From positions 56,916,001 through 56,980,000 of the forward strand of contig CM060733.1 of the NCBI GenBank assembly GCA_030704615.1: 64,000 bases of DNA, written 5' to 3'. Source of the stretch: Takakia lepidozioides. Taxonomy: Eukaryota; Plantae; Bryophyta. The translations under genes were made by a program, and so were the position numbers. Within the stretch, counting starts at the first letter, position 1. Each line of letters starts with the position of its first letter. Below, one piece after another: positions 35,126 to 47,534 of this stretch. Under the pieces are notes generated by a model. The model saw only the letters and a list, made by a program, of their open reading frames with translations. It was not told where the DNA came from and ran no database searches.

Positions 35126-36199
35126 TGCTTGATAAGTTGTTCTCAAATTTTTAACCAGAGTTTGACAAACTGTAAGGTACAGCATTACGTCTGGTTAGGG
35201 GTGAGCTTTCTGTAAGGAGATGAGGGTGTGGAATTTTAGGGCTCAATCAAACAAATTCTCCCCACGAAACATTTTCCATTTCAGTAGACTAGTCTTATTA
35301 GCCCTTATGGGAAGCTTGGAGGGACAACAGCTATTTGGGACCAATCACCAATATTACCGCAAGTCACACCCTAGATCTTCATTGCACTGTGCACTCTGTT
35401 GTCAAGTGCAGTTTGAAATTCAGGTTAACATGTGTCTCTTCTGCATTTCAGTGTGCCTTACCAAACCAGTCAATTGTGAGACTTTTCACCCATACTCTGT
35501 TTTAAGTGCAAAGTGAAGGAAGCAACAGCAGAACAACTTTGCTGGGACTAGAACGGAGTTGTCAGTTCAAGGGCATGTATCCCAGATTGAATGCATTAGA
35601 GGCTAGACCTGCACATTGAACGAACACACATGCAGAATTGGTTATCTATCTCCCTCTTGCACATACCCCATGGCTCCTCTTGGCAACATTTTCATCCTAT
35701 CAAAACAGACTTCACTTTCATGGTAAATCTTCACAGAAAACCAAACGAAGAATAACTTCTCTCCACGTGGTGCCCATCTAAGCCGGTGTATGCTATGGCT
35801 GTATCTTGGCTGGGGAGACACCACACTTTCCAGTCAGCATCCTTTAGTGGCATCTTTACTACAAGCGTCAAACATGACAAAGAACAAGTGGGTTGCATAC
35901 TTCCAATAACACACTAACAATGTGGTTGTCCTCCCAAATGCTTGGGTGTTACATCCAGCTGCTCTGATACTGTATGAAGAATGACACTGGCAGGAGCCAG
36001 TGAGGGTGAAATGAAAAATAAGGATCCAATGTGTTCCCTTATCTTGTGTCGACATATAAAACTCAACATCCATCAACAATTGCACTTGCACTAAGGAAAA
36101 GAGCATTAGGCGTGTGCTGCAATTCCTGCAAAACTGAAGGCAATATGGGAACCAATCCTGTGTATCTTGTGGCTGGTAAATCTGAAGGCCAGGAAACAC

Positions 36200-38354
36200 C
36201 TAAGATGCCTTCTCCTTGGCCAACCCATCCTTGGTTGGCTCTCCCTTGACAACCTCTTTCTTACCCGGCCCTCCCTTGGGCAATGGAGTAAATAACAAAC
36301 GGAAAACCCAAACTGATGCCACTGCGCCAACCATAGGACCCAGCCAATATACCGCAAAATGCTCCCATGTAACATGTTGGTTGTTTGCATATGCCCATCC
36401 AAATGCCTGCCATAAAACCCCCCCCCCACACACACAGCCTACCAGTTTAGTTTTGGCCAATGATACTCTTGCAGCCTGTATTTGGACCACAAATCAACAG
36501 AAGGAGCAGAAGAAGACAAATGTACTCATTGACTGTTCCAAAGGTTTTGGAGACCCCTCAATATTGCACATGTAGCCAACGGCAATCTCCTCACAGGGAG
36601 CATTGGTTTTAGTACTGCCATGGACATCAGGACGATCATTTCAGGTTCCAGTACTGCTGCTTTAGCCTTACATCCTCACACATGTGCACAATGCACTGCT
36701 AGTCGGATTCCAGCGAGAACAAGGTATTCTCAGAAGAAAAGAGCGGTAATGTAGAGTATAGACCACAACGTAAATGAAAAACCTCACCACTCCTTCATGC
36801 CAGAATCCAAGAGTGTAAAAGAAAGGCCCTAAACTAGTAAAAAATACCTATCATAGGCACAAAGTTGGACGAGGACAGCTGAAACAGGGATTGACAGATG
36901 GGAGAGAAGCTTACATTAGCTGGATTCATTGCTGGGCCGGTGTAAGCACCCCCAAGCATGACAAGAGCAATGGTGGTCACAATCACAATAAAGCTCTTCA
37001 CAGCACCATTACGTGGGCCTCTCAAAAATGTCCACAAGAAAACGAGAGTGATGGTGAAAGTCAAGAGTCCTTCAGCAAGCACCCCCTTACTTAGAGCCAC
37101 TCTCAACTTGGGGCCACCGAGCATATGCTTGTATTTGGTTGGCATCACCTCCAAGATAGACAAGGCTCCACCAACTGCCCCTATCATCTGCATATCAAAA
37201 CAGCAGGTTACCTTCAAGTCCCAACAGCTCACCCAAAGCCGTGCGATTGAACACATGATGGAACAGGAGAACAAGGCAAGGAAGAGCAGCAATGCTTCGA
37301 GAACTTGATGGGTATTCACACAGTAAGTGGACAGTAAAATTTTATCTCTCTCTCTGTCTCTCTCTCTCTTCCTTATGAAGTTAGGCATCAAGCTTCCCGG
37401 AACTTGTTTTCAGTCTGTGACATGGGCCAGGACCTTAAGGATGATCTCAAGGGCCTACCTACCCTGGGCACAAGACTGAAATTTAAACTCAGGGCGCGAA
37501 TTCTACCTTTGAACAATAAACAAATGCAGAGAGGAAGAGGAGATTGTAATTGCCGGATGTGCGGGCAGCCTGAAGGCGATATCCATTTTCTGATACATTG
37601 TCTGGGATATTCTCAGTAGAGAGTGACCCTCATCTGGACAATCAAGAACATTATCCTGCACCTCTGTTCAAGTTGATGCATGTGTGAAGGGCTTTCCAAG
37701 AGATATCTGGAAAACCCAAATTAATTGTCTCTATCAAGGTAAGTCACACTAATGGAGTGAGCCCCTCACAAAGGTAGTATCTGTTCCCTATTGTTCCGCC
37801 CAAACTGGGCGCAGGGTCTATGGCCGCAAAGCTAAGGCAACAACGTCATATGAGTACATTCTTTCTCTTCCTTGAATGTGGCTAAGTTCTTTGTAACAAC
37901 ACTCAATAATTGCCTGATCCCTCTGGCTCTCTCTCTATCCTTGAATATGGTGAACTCACTCTTGGATTACTTAATCCTGTCATGGCTACTGAAACGTGGC
38001 ACAGATTTCAATGGAAAGAAGTCAGGCAAGCCTGGTAAAGTCCTTGCCAAATAGAGGACCAACCTGGGCAGGAAGGCGAACGGCGAGCGAGAAAGGTGTG
38101 TCCTTGCTTGCACCCACATAAGCAAAGGCAACGAGGGCTGTTGGATTCCAGCTCGCACCCCCAAGAGCTTTGCCTAGCGAGGAAAAGGCGAGGATGAGAA
38201 CCACAACCAAAGTGAATATCAGATATATCTTCCCTGACCCTGGAACCCCCAGATATGATGCAAGGAACGTGGCGGTCGCACCCAGTGATGCCATGCAGAA
38301 TACCCACAGAAAAGTGATAGCCGCATCCCCCACAGCCAATTTCGCAAGACCCAT
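36200..38354 (-). CDS. SIP1: SIP-subfamily aquaporin (256 aa), 3 exons: 38354-38064, 37187-36915, 36406-36200
   Basis: GGASWNPT and GPAMNPANAFGWA motifs, phase-0 GT-AG introns, Lys-rich C-terminus. Confidence 0.93.
37470..37640 (+). mobile_element. LINE C-terminal CCHC zinc-knuckle fragment in SIP intron 1
   Basis: FKLRARILPL...CRMCGQPEGDIHFLIHC. Confidence 0.6.
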
Positions 38355-39213
38355 GGTTTCCTCAAATGGTATGATGGGTTCTATCAATCCCTATGCAAGT
38401 TGGGGACTGCTGCACCACGGAGTTCTTTCAACAAAGGGTTATGAGTCATCAAGCCACTCTCACTCCTGAGCGTTGATTCTAGTGCCGCAGCACATACACC
38501 GAGCCCTCCTGTCTGCCTCGACTCCCCTGCCTCCCTCTGCCTCTGCCTGTGTGTGTATGGGGAGAGCCAACACCATTCTACAATTTGCTTGAACTTGTCA
38601 AATCCCGGACGTTTGACTCACCTGCCCTCTCTGCAGAATCGCAACAAAAACGTGTGGTCGTCAGACTTGACTTCTCGGAGGCTGGAACTACTGTTCTCTT
38701 TCTCTAAGCAACTAAACATGCGGTTAGTCCCTCAACCCTTAACTTAAGCGCCCGGTGCCAATGTTGACTTTTTGAGAAATGTGGACACCAGCTCAGAAAA
38801 ATGAGCATAGCTTGGCGAAAAAATACTTGTTGGGAAAATTGACGTGACATTATGCCCCGTACCTACTTGTCAAGTTATTTTATCACTAGTGTGAAATTAG
38901 TTAGGAAATAGTTAGCTTTTACATATTGACATTTGATATTGGCCCAAGTGTCAATCCAGGGGTCAAGGCAGATTTAGACCCTAGAGTGGTTATCTTCACG
39001 GCAAGCGCGGGAGGCTCATCTTTCTCGAGTTGAGCCTCACCGCGCCTAGCTATGGCGCCGTAGTGTGGATTCCCCATGGCGTGGGGTGCACTTGGCTTGA
39101 CTTATATTTGAGTGATGAGGTTATATATGCATGAGTTTATGCTTCAGCTTTGTGAGCTCGCATGAGCTTGTGCTTGTATTTTTTTTCAGTTCAGGGCCAG
39201 CTACCCTAGGGAC

Positions 39214-41204
39214 TTAGCCATTTTCGGAGCCCTGATCTGGAAATTCGGCGAAAAATGCAAGGACTGAAAGGAAGGCATCGCGTATGTACCTGTACAGAAG
39301 GCGCATTGCTGCTTTGTCCGCGTTCGGCTGGTCGGTGAACTCCTGGCTCCGGCGGGCATGTGGTATCTCCCGAAAGAATAGGTCGGTTTTGTAGAGCAGA
39401 AAGTACCTCGTCACATAGTCGCGTAGGCTCTCTGTTGCAGGAGAAATCTCCATCTTGAACTGATGTGCTTGTGTGTCCAGCTGCTCTTGCGCATTCATCG
39501 TCACCTGTGGAGATTCTCCATCAGATCGCATTGCTGAAAAAATACAATGAATCCACCCCATACAAGAGTAGAAGTGCCAAACGAAGCGTGGGGAAGTACC
39601 TGAAACCACCATGTCATGCGGTTCATCCACATGTCGAATGTGGGGTCAGATAGTTTGTCCGGTTTGGGGAAGCTCCACATGTCCCTTGTACTTTGGGAAC
39701 CATTCCAGATTTGGAGCCGCCGGGTCTGTCCTACCACCCAGCATATTCGTAAGCGCCAAACACCACAAAAACGAGTTGTTGCCACCACAATTTGGTTAAG
39801 AATGTATCACCTTTTCTGCACCATCCACACAGGATGTGGCTAGACGATGGAGCTTCTCCAATGTCATCGTGGGCTTCAGAGCGCGGGAGTAGTGCTTCCC
39901 CACCTCCACCAGAAAGTCGGCACCAAAGGCGGGATCAGCTATGGCCACGCTTTACTATCCGCGACTTGTACTTTATGCGGGCCCTCACCTCCGCAGCTTT
40001 GAGATATGATTTGAGTGCCGGGAGGGTTAGATTCTTCTCCTCTGACTCCATGTAGAACCTCCGCGCATGTGCCAAATCCTGCTGAATTTTCGTCTGTCAA
40101 GAATGCACACATAAGATTAGAGATCCTGCTCAACACTTTTTCTTCTATTGGGGGAGGAGAGACAGATTAGCTCAACAAAACAGTCAGGAGCTTTACCCGA
40201 AATATGTAGTCCACCATGGCATCCATGCTCAGCCTATACCAGGTTCTGTCTGCCTTTGCTTCCGACTTGCGCAGTAGGTCGGCACTGAGCGAATTGGCAA
40301 ACTCTTGCACACCCTGCTTCCCGACATCTTTCACTCGGAAGAGCATATGGGACAAGTTGGTGGCAATGAAGGCATTCTCAGTCACCCTTCAATGCCACAT
40401 TTCCATCAAACAATTCTGAAATGGGAATTTACAACAAATATGAGGATTCGCAATGAAATGACTTACAATCGGATGGGTCCAAAAGCAAGAGGCGTTGTAA
40501 CTTACGAGTTGATGTCCGCCATTGCAGCTTTGAGAAGACTGCGATCTTTGGGCCCCGCAACCTTCAGCACAACACACTCCACGGCGAAATGCCAATCGAG
40601 GTCGTTGGGGTGGGCTTCGGCTATGTGCTCCATCCATGCCAGGAGGCGATGATTGTCGTCCCACACGTAAAACATCTTCCCGGACAAGTGCTGGAAAAGA
40701 GGATCAGTAACAATCGATCTCTCGAACTCCTCATTTCGCCTTTGCCAATGGGGACCCCATTTGTCCACCTCATCGGCAGTGTGGGCACGGGAAGCTCCGT
40801 GGTCGTTCTCAATGGAAACGTAAAACGCGGCAGACCCCATTCGATATCCATCCCGGAAAGAGAATTTCAGCTTGTCGATATCGCCTGGGAGGGCAGGTCT
40901 CACCACCTGCAAAGACACCAAGCGGCAAAGGGGAATTCGAAGCTTGGCCGGGTACACCATGCCCCCCCAGCACCCTGCCAATGTTGTTGTGGGTTGCCTC
41001 CAACATCTTGGCAGCGGCCAACTTCATATCCGCCTCGGACATGACGTCTGCTGGAGAGGGGTTCTCCTTAAATGTCCACCGCCGTCCGTTTTTATTTGGG
41101 CTGGCGACACATGGCTTCCTCGATATGTACCCTAAATCTGATGCTAATCTTGGATTAACTTCTATTCGAGGCATGTACCCCAAAAAACTGAGATCTTTTT
41201 CCAT
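39214..41204 (-). pseudogene. Multi-exon gene for a ParB/Srx-like domain protein, frameshifted
   Basis: Exon 41204-40506 (frameshift at the G7 run near 40965): KLRIPLCRLVSLQVVRPAL...MFYVWDDNHRLLAW...AAMADINS|gtaagt. In-phase exon 40386-40197; exon from about 40093 (frameshift near 39950); further exons near 39725-39600 and to the stop at 39214. GT-AG boundaries preserve phase where checked. Confidence 0.7.
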
Positions 41205-41218
41205 TTTGGCTGGGACTT

Positions 41219-42577
41219 ATGCCGCCTGAAGGGCGTGGCTCTCCTGAGAGAGACCTCACATCCAGACCGCGGCGGAAGTTGAAAGCTTTGTACTACGGAC
41301 GATGGCCAATCTCTCGCATGGCCAAATTTAAGCTCCAGCAGGAGATTCCAGTGTCTTGCTCACAACCCGCGCCAACTGAAGCCGAGTACTCTCAGGCAAG
41401 CCACTTCTGCTTTCGTTTTGTTCGCTTTCGCTTTCGCTTTCGCTTTGTTTTTGCATCTTCATCATGTTATCGCTGGAAGCATGTCATTCTTAGGCATTGG
41501 TTGGATTTGTTTTCATTGTTGTTCCATGGCACTCCATACTTCCTAAACTTGTTTTGTTTTCATTGTTGTTCCACGATTGTTGCTATGGTAGTTGCGCTGC
41601 TCGTTGCCATTCTGGTTTTGGCACCGATGTTGGTTCTGACGATTTTGGGAATGACAGAGTGACGACGAGCCCGGCACGCTGGTGGTATCATCGACCGCTC
41701 CAACTCATCGCATGTTTGAATCGCCCAACTTGGGGCGAGAGGGCAAACTTCAACCTTTTGTTGGTGGACGGGAGGACCTGCAGCGAGGGTACGACAGAAT
41801 AGGCATTGGGGAGGTTGGTGCAGGCGGCATGGCAGGTGAAGGGCGTGAGGACGTGAGGACAGCAGATCCGGCAATGGAGGTTGTTGATGCACATGCAGTA
41901 GGGCCCGCCCACGCAAAGAAGAAGAAGAAAGCTAAGCACATGCAATCCCCGGCGAGAGAGTCGTCACGGGCTGCGGAGGGGGGAGTGAGCAGTGCGTGCG
42001 AGGGTGTCCTTCTCCTCAATCAAAGGTGGTCGTCCTGGAGGGCTCCCCTGCTGCTAGCCCTAGTAAGAAACAGAAAGCCCGTGAGAGGGCAAAAGAGAGG
42101 GCAAAAGAACAGGCGAGACAGAAGGCTAGCCAGGAGGAAAGAGAAAAGGCCACTGAAGAGGCCAGGGGTGCCCAAATGACAGATGCCAATGTAAGCGAGG
42201 GACGCACAGAGACGGTGGATCCCTCAAGACACCACAAAGAGGCAGTAACACACCGGTTACACCATCGCGGACAAGAGCAGCCCCCGCAATTACCCATACG
42301 GTGGAGAGTGGAGGAGAGTGGAGGAGAGGAAAGAACACCACAAAGAGCACGGATTGTGCAAGTTCGAGGTGAAGCCGGGGAGATGGCAGTAGAGACAGGG
42401 AGAGTGCTCGAGGTGGTTCACCATGTTGAGGAGGACGACACCGAGCTTTCTGACCAGGATGACATCCTCCCGGACATCCCCAGACCCCAAACCCGCAGCA
42501 TACAGGCTGGATTTGGCGGTCCTGGTGGGCCCATCCGCCAGGTACGGCGGCGCGCAAAATTTCCCTCATGCAGGTAA
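41219..42577 (+). pseudogene. Low-complexity Lys/Glu/Arg-rich gene divergent from the ParB-like gene
   Basis: Exon 41219-41395, putative GC-AG intron 41396-41657 joining in frame to SDDEPGTLVVSS...AKKKKKAKH, frameshift near 42000, then a coiled-coil-like KARERAKERAKEQARQK and acidic tail. Confidence 0.45.
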
Positions 42578-43030
42578 TTTGGAGAGCAGCAGGATGGAAA
42601 TTCAGCGCCGAATTTCCATCCTGCAAGATAGGACGGCACGCGAAATTTCCGCCACGCAGGTAATTCAGAGCCGGATGGATGGAAATCCGGCGCCGGATTT
42701 CCATCCTGTCAGGTAGGTTGGCGCGCGAAATTTCCGCCAAGCAGGTAATTCGGAGCTGATGGATGGAAATCCGGCGCTGAATTTCCATCCGGCAGGTAGG
42801 GCGGCGCGCAAAATTTGCGTCATGCAGGTAATTCGGAGCGAATCAGGATGGAAATTCGGCGCAGAATTTCCATCCTGCAGGTAATTCGAAGCCCGGATGG
42901 ATGCAAATCCGGCGCCGAATTTCCATCCAGCAGGTTACTCGGATCGCTGGCGGATGGAAATTCGGTGCCGAATTTCCATTCGCCAGGTAAGTCGAAGCGC
43001 CAAATTACCTTCCTGGAGGTAATTCTGAGC
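42540..43030. repeat. Array of six 30-bp palindromes (consensus GGATGGAAATTCGGCGCCGAATTTCCATCC)
   Basis: Copies start at 42592, 42677, 42761, 42846, 42899 and 42952 (spacing 85/84/85/53/53). Confidence 0.95.
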
Positions 43031-43130
43031 GTGGCCGCTTCGGAGAAAAACAAAGTAAACTTTTAGTTTTGTGGCTGAAGTCCACTTTTAGACACGTTTT
43101 TCATGGAATCCTTGACTGCTAGAGGGAAAT

Positions 43131-44000
43131 CCGAACGGCCTCGGACGGAAATTCGGCGCCGTTTTTCCATCCTATTCGGTTTTTATATCGTCCAGTTTTG
43201 GGCCTCACCACCCGACCGGACTTCCTTTAAGGGGGCCCGGATGGAAATTCGGCGGCGAATTTTCAATCCGGGGGATGGTATCTGTCGGATAGGTGCCGGC
43301 CTCTACGCCCGAGGCGACTTCGTCCGGGCGTCACCTGTTGGATATTCGGTGCCGAATTTCCGTCCGGGGGTTGAATTGTGACGGCCAGGTGCCGGCCTCT
43401 CCCCCCTCCCCAACTGCATCTGAACCGCCCCGCACGGAAATTCGGCGCCGTTTTTCCATCGTGTTCGGTTTTTATATCGTCCAGTTTTGGGCCTCACCAC
43501 CCGACCGGACTTCCTTTGAGGGGCCCGGATGGAAATTCGGCGGCAAATTTCCATCCGGGGGATGGTCTCTGTCGGACAGGTGCCGGCCTCTACGCCCGAG
43601 GCGACTTCGTCCGGGCGTCACCTGTTGGATATTCGGTGCCGAATTTCCGTCCGGGGGTTGAAATGTGACGGCCAGGTGCCGGCCTCTCCCCCCTCTCCGA
43701 CTGCATCTGAATCGCCCCGCACGGAAATTCGGCGCTGTTTTTCCATCGTGTTCGGTTTTTATATCGTCCAGTTTTGAACCTCACCACCCGACCGGACTTC
43801 CTTTGAGGGGGCCCGGATGGAAATTCGGCGGCAAATTTCCATCCGGGGGATGGTCTCTGTCGGACAGGTGCCGGCCTCTACGCCCGAGGCGACTTCGTCC
43901 GGGCGTCACCTGTTGGATATTCGGTGCCGGATTTCCGTCCGGGGGTTGAAATGTGACGGCCAGGTGCCGGCCTCTTCCCCCTCCCTGACTGCATCCGAAC
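43131..44000. repeat. Three ~288-bp tandem repeats, each with three degenerate copies of the same palindrome
   Basis: Anchor cggaaattcggcgc at 43146, 43435 and 43722; units are near-identical. Confidence 0.95.
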
Positions 44001-45029
44001 ATGGTACGGGTGCAGTGGTCACCATTTGTGTCGTATTTGTTTTTGAGCTGTAGTATGGACTGGATTGTCCAGCTCTGGAGTGAAGAGCTGACACTGGCAA
44101 AGAAAGATTGTTGTTCTTTTTTAGCTCTTTCTATACGGGCGTGCACCGTTCTCGGGGTTACTACTCCCTATATATACTTCTATGACTGTCCACGGGGGTT
44201 TCACAAACAACACCGTCATGTTATGGCGAACCACCACGAAGACCCTTGACTCCCGGTGAGTCTTGGCCCACCCACCACGGCCCCATTGGACTGTGATGAG
44301 TCCCATGACTCCCCACGACTCCCACCACAAGGTCTCCGCCCCATGGTGAGTCCTATGCCACCCCCACAAGTATAGGGAAATAGCATTATAGTACCTAAAG
44401 TATTTAGTATCAACGGGTTTTTTTAGTTCAATGTCTTTGGTTTTGTACTCAACTGTGAGCTGAAGCACAGGCTCACTAACAAAAGTGCCTATATCTAATG
44501 CACTACCTTTTCAGCCTCATCAAGCACAGTGTTGTCACCTGCCACAAGAAACTCTGTTGTCTCAGTGTAGCAGAAAACCTTCTTGTACCTCTAGTATGAT
44601 CTCTTGTTTGTGTTCAGTCATGTTCTTGTCATTGACAGACTTGTAGTTGAAGAAATTAGGAATATAGGACTGCGAGAAAGACCAGGACCAACTGGAGCTC
44701 AGCCAGGTGTCTCCCCCAAATCCAAACAAAGGTGTTTCCTGCAAGCCAGGTAATGACCGGGGTTGTTGGATCTGGAAGGGGATTCATTTCTTTCATGAGA
44801 GATGACCAACAACAGATTCTGATAGGAGTGTGAGGAAAAATAGGAAGTGGAGAGGGTGTGTACTTTGCAGAGTTCAAGACATGGTAACCAGGTGAATGAG
44901 GAAGGGGAAGCCCACGAGGCTGTCGTAAAGTTTTTTTTGGACAAAAAGAATAGTCAAGGTGTTGTGGATAATGCCCAGAGACCTGAATTTTAAAAGAGGG
45001 GCATGAGGGCCAGCTTGCAAGATAAGAAG

Positions 45030-45225
45030 CTAGTTGGGGATATAGAGGCTTATGCTGGACTGAAAGGATTGTCTGGGTCAGACACTCATTTGGTATTGCA
45101 TGATTTGGAGGAGCAAAATGAATTCTCACCATATTCAGAAGCTAAGCCGTTGCTTTCGGGCACCTTTTTTTGTGTCTTCAAAAACCTCCGGGGTCTGTAG
45201 GGACTGCCACCAAGTTCATCAGTTT
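45030..45225 (+). pseudogene. Orphan, heavily deleted DYW-domain relic
   Basis: LKGLSG-SDTHLVLHDLEEQ...KLA.AFG...VFKNLR/VCRDCH/KFIS collinear with the DYW domains of PPR2 and PPR3. Confidence 0.7.
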
Positions 45226-45616
45226 TCTGCTAGGAACTGCTAGGAACTGAATGTACAATGTAAGGTGATCCCCCCCACCTTCTTTCGGCCCGTGAATTTT
45301 GAGCTGTTGCATCCATGCTTCTCCAGAAAGACAGATTCTACAGAGCCCACCCGGCTGCACATAGTGCAAGAAGCGTCTGCAGACCGCTAGGGAAGGATAA
45401 CTATTTACAAGTATCAATTCTAAGTTCTATCGGCAAGGAGAGTGTCGATAGTCTCTTCCTCACAGGGCGAGATTGCGTTTCCTAGTACTACTATGGGTAG
45501 ACGGCTCAGGGAGCGTTTTGATTTGTAGAGGGGTAATTGGGAGGAATGTGGCTATGCCATGAGCAACGGACATGTTTGAATTAATCTGTGGAGTGGTATA
45601 CAGCTTGGGAGTTTTA

Positions 45617-46013
45617 GAGCATCTCCACGGTGCCATAACACTTGCCCGAAATGGCCATCTAGCGGTCCAAAAAAGTAGCGGAGTTTGCTTCACAGTTGGC
45701 TCAGCCTAGTAGAATTGCTGCCGGCCCCGCCTCAAATCTGCCTCCCACCCGGCACTTTTGCTCATACCGGGACCCGCCAACCACTCTATATTACTGAGTT
45801 ATTTGTGAGTTAATGAGATATGATGTCCTTGGTCAACGCACCAAGATTGTGATCAAGTGGCGGGCCGGCCTTGCCTAGGGGCTATCTCTGCCGGGTCTCC
45901 TATCGTCCCAACCGTGGAGTGTCAGCCGACCAGTCCTTATAAAAAATATTGTCGCCCTTGTAATAACCAGGGTATATAACGTTTGAGGGGCCGTGCTCAC
46001 CGTGGAGATGCTC
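45617..46013. mobile_element. Tourist/PIF-Harbinger MITE
   Basis: Perfect 16-bp TIR GAGCATCTCCACGGTG with TTA TSD on both sides. Confidence 0.92.
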
Positions 46014-47534
46014 TTAGGGAGTGATATGCCATGTGTGTATGTGACTGTGATTAAAGCACTTCTACACTTCTAAGTACAATACACTTGCTTTGGTTCATTT
46101 CGACCTCATATGGCTGTAGAGTGATTTCTACCAGGCTACGACGCGTGTCTATAATAGTATATAGGTGGGTACCCATAAAAATAATACCAATTATACCCAA
46201 TACTGGTGGGTACAAGATATTGCATTAGTTTTTTTAAATTTTATGTTATATATTTTGTTGCTGCACCCTTTCATGGTGGGAAGGAGAAGATGAGAATTGA
46301 GAATTGAAGTGACTCCCTACAAACAATACCTAAACACCCTTTCAACATGACTCTTTCTTTCTCTTTCTTTCTGTGCTCCAACCCTCTTGAACTCTTCACT
46401 ACCTGTAGCCATATCCGAGAGGTTTGTGTTCAAATTGACCTGCTGCAAGCCATGTTGCTCAACAAAAGGAAGGGGCATCCTTTTCTCTCCCTGTACCAAA
46501 TTATATTCACAACTACTTCCGCACTCTTCATCCTCATGTTTATCTCAAACTTTGTTGATATCTAAGACTCACTTTGTTGTTCTCTGGGTCTTCGTGGATT
46601 GAATTTTCTAGGATGGTGATGAAGTCAGAATTTTGCTGGAAAACTAGATTGTAGGGTGCAATTACATGCCTCTCTATGTGGAAGGGGCATGTGATCATCG
46701 AATGAATCAGGACTGCATTTGGTTTTCTCTCTTTTTCTAGAATTCATGGTTTGCAGTTTCTTTATCATCAGCAGTAATGCAGGCAAGGTGACAGCAATGC
46801 ACTCTCCACTCTTGCAATAGAGTTGGTTGCTTCTTGCAAGCAATTTTCTTGATATGTTCCAAATGACGTTTATAACTGTAAGGAGTAATCTGCATTCTAG
46901 ATGATTTCAGTTTCATCATAATCTCCTTACTACTCATAGCTAAGTTAGCATCCAGTTTAGACTTGGTATCTGTCTTCCTTCCTGTGCCTTTCTCATGGAC
47001 GAAGGACGATGCCCTTGCTGCAAATCACCTGTGTATAACTCCTGTCCAAGTACGGCTCAACAACAGCAATGCCGCCCCAAAGCTTGCCCCAGATGCAGTT
47101 GCGACTGTGGCAAGTGTTCATGTAACATTACACCTGGTATGGATTTTGTCTCCAAACTGTACATGTCATCAACACGATTGTAGGAACAAGGTCTTCTTTC
47201 TCCAAAGAGAGAGGAGCATATATGGTAGATTTCAGGTTTAGGTCATCAACATTGTTCTGTTATAGAGCGTTAGAGTGGCTTCAGTGCCCGAGGGGACGCT
47301 TATCCCATGCAGTGCAAACTGAAAACATTTTAACATGATGAGATTGGAATGTAACTCGTATAGTATTGTGAAATTTTTAGCACCCTAACTATTTAGTCTC
47401 TGTTAGTCTCGATTGTGTGTGTGTGCAGACCATCAATCCAGGAAATGCTGTAAATCTCTTCCCACAAAATTGCATTGTGGCTAACCACGGACGTTCTTGC
47501 AGCGGGGCCCACCCCACGGGACGTTTATGGATCG

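Noticed and set aside
38884-38891. CACTAGTG as a CACTA terminus or Helitron 3' end of the ParB-like module
   Set aside because: No matching inverted terminus near 44-45 kb and no GC-rich subterminal hairpin.
42540-44000. CRISPR array
   Set aside because: Repeats are palindromic, but the spacers are homologous to each other, there are no cas genes, and the context is eukaryotic.
43103-44053. Repeated ORFs in the 288-bp units
   Set aside because: By-products of GC-rich tandem repeats open on both strands; no coding signature.
46300-47240. Possible decayed minus-strand gene
   Set aside because: Short stop-riddled frames with no recognisable domain.
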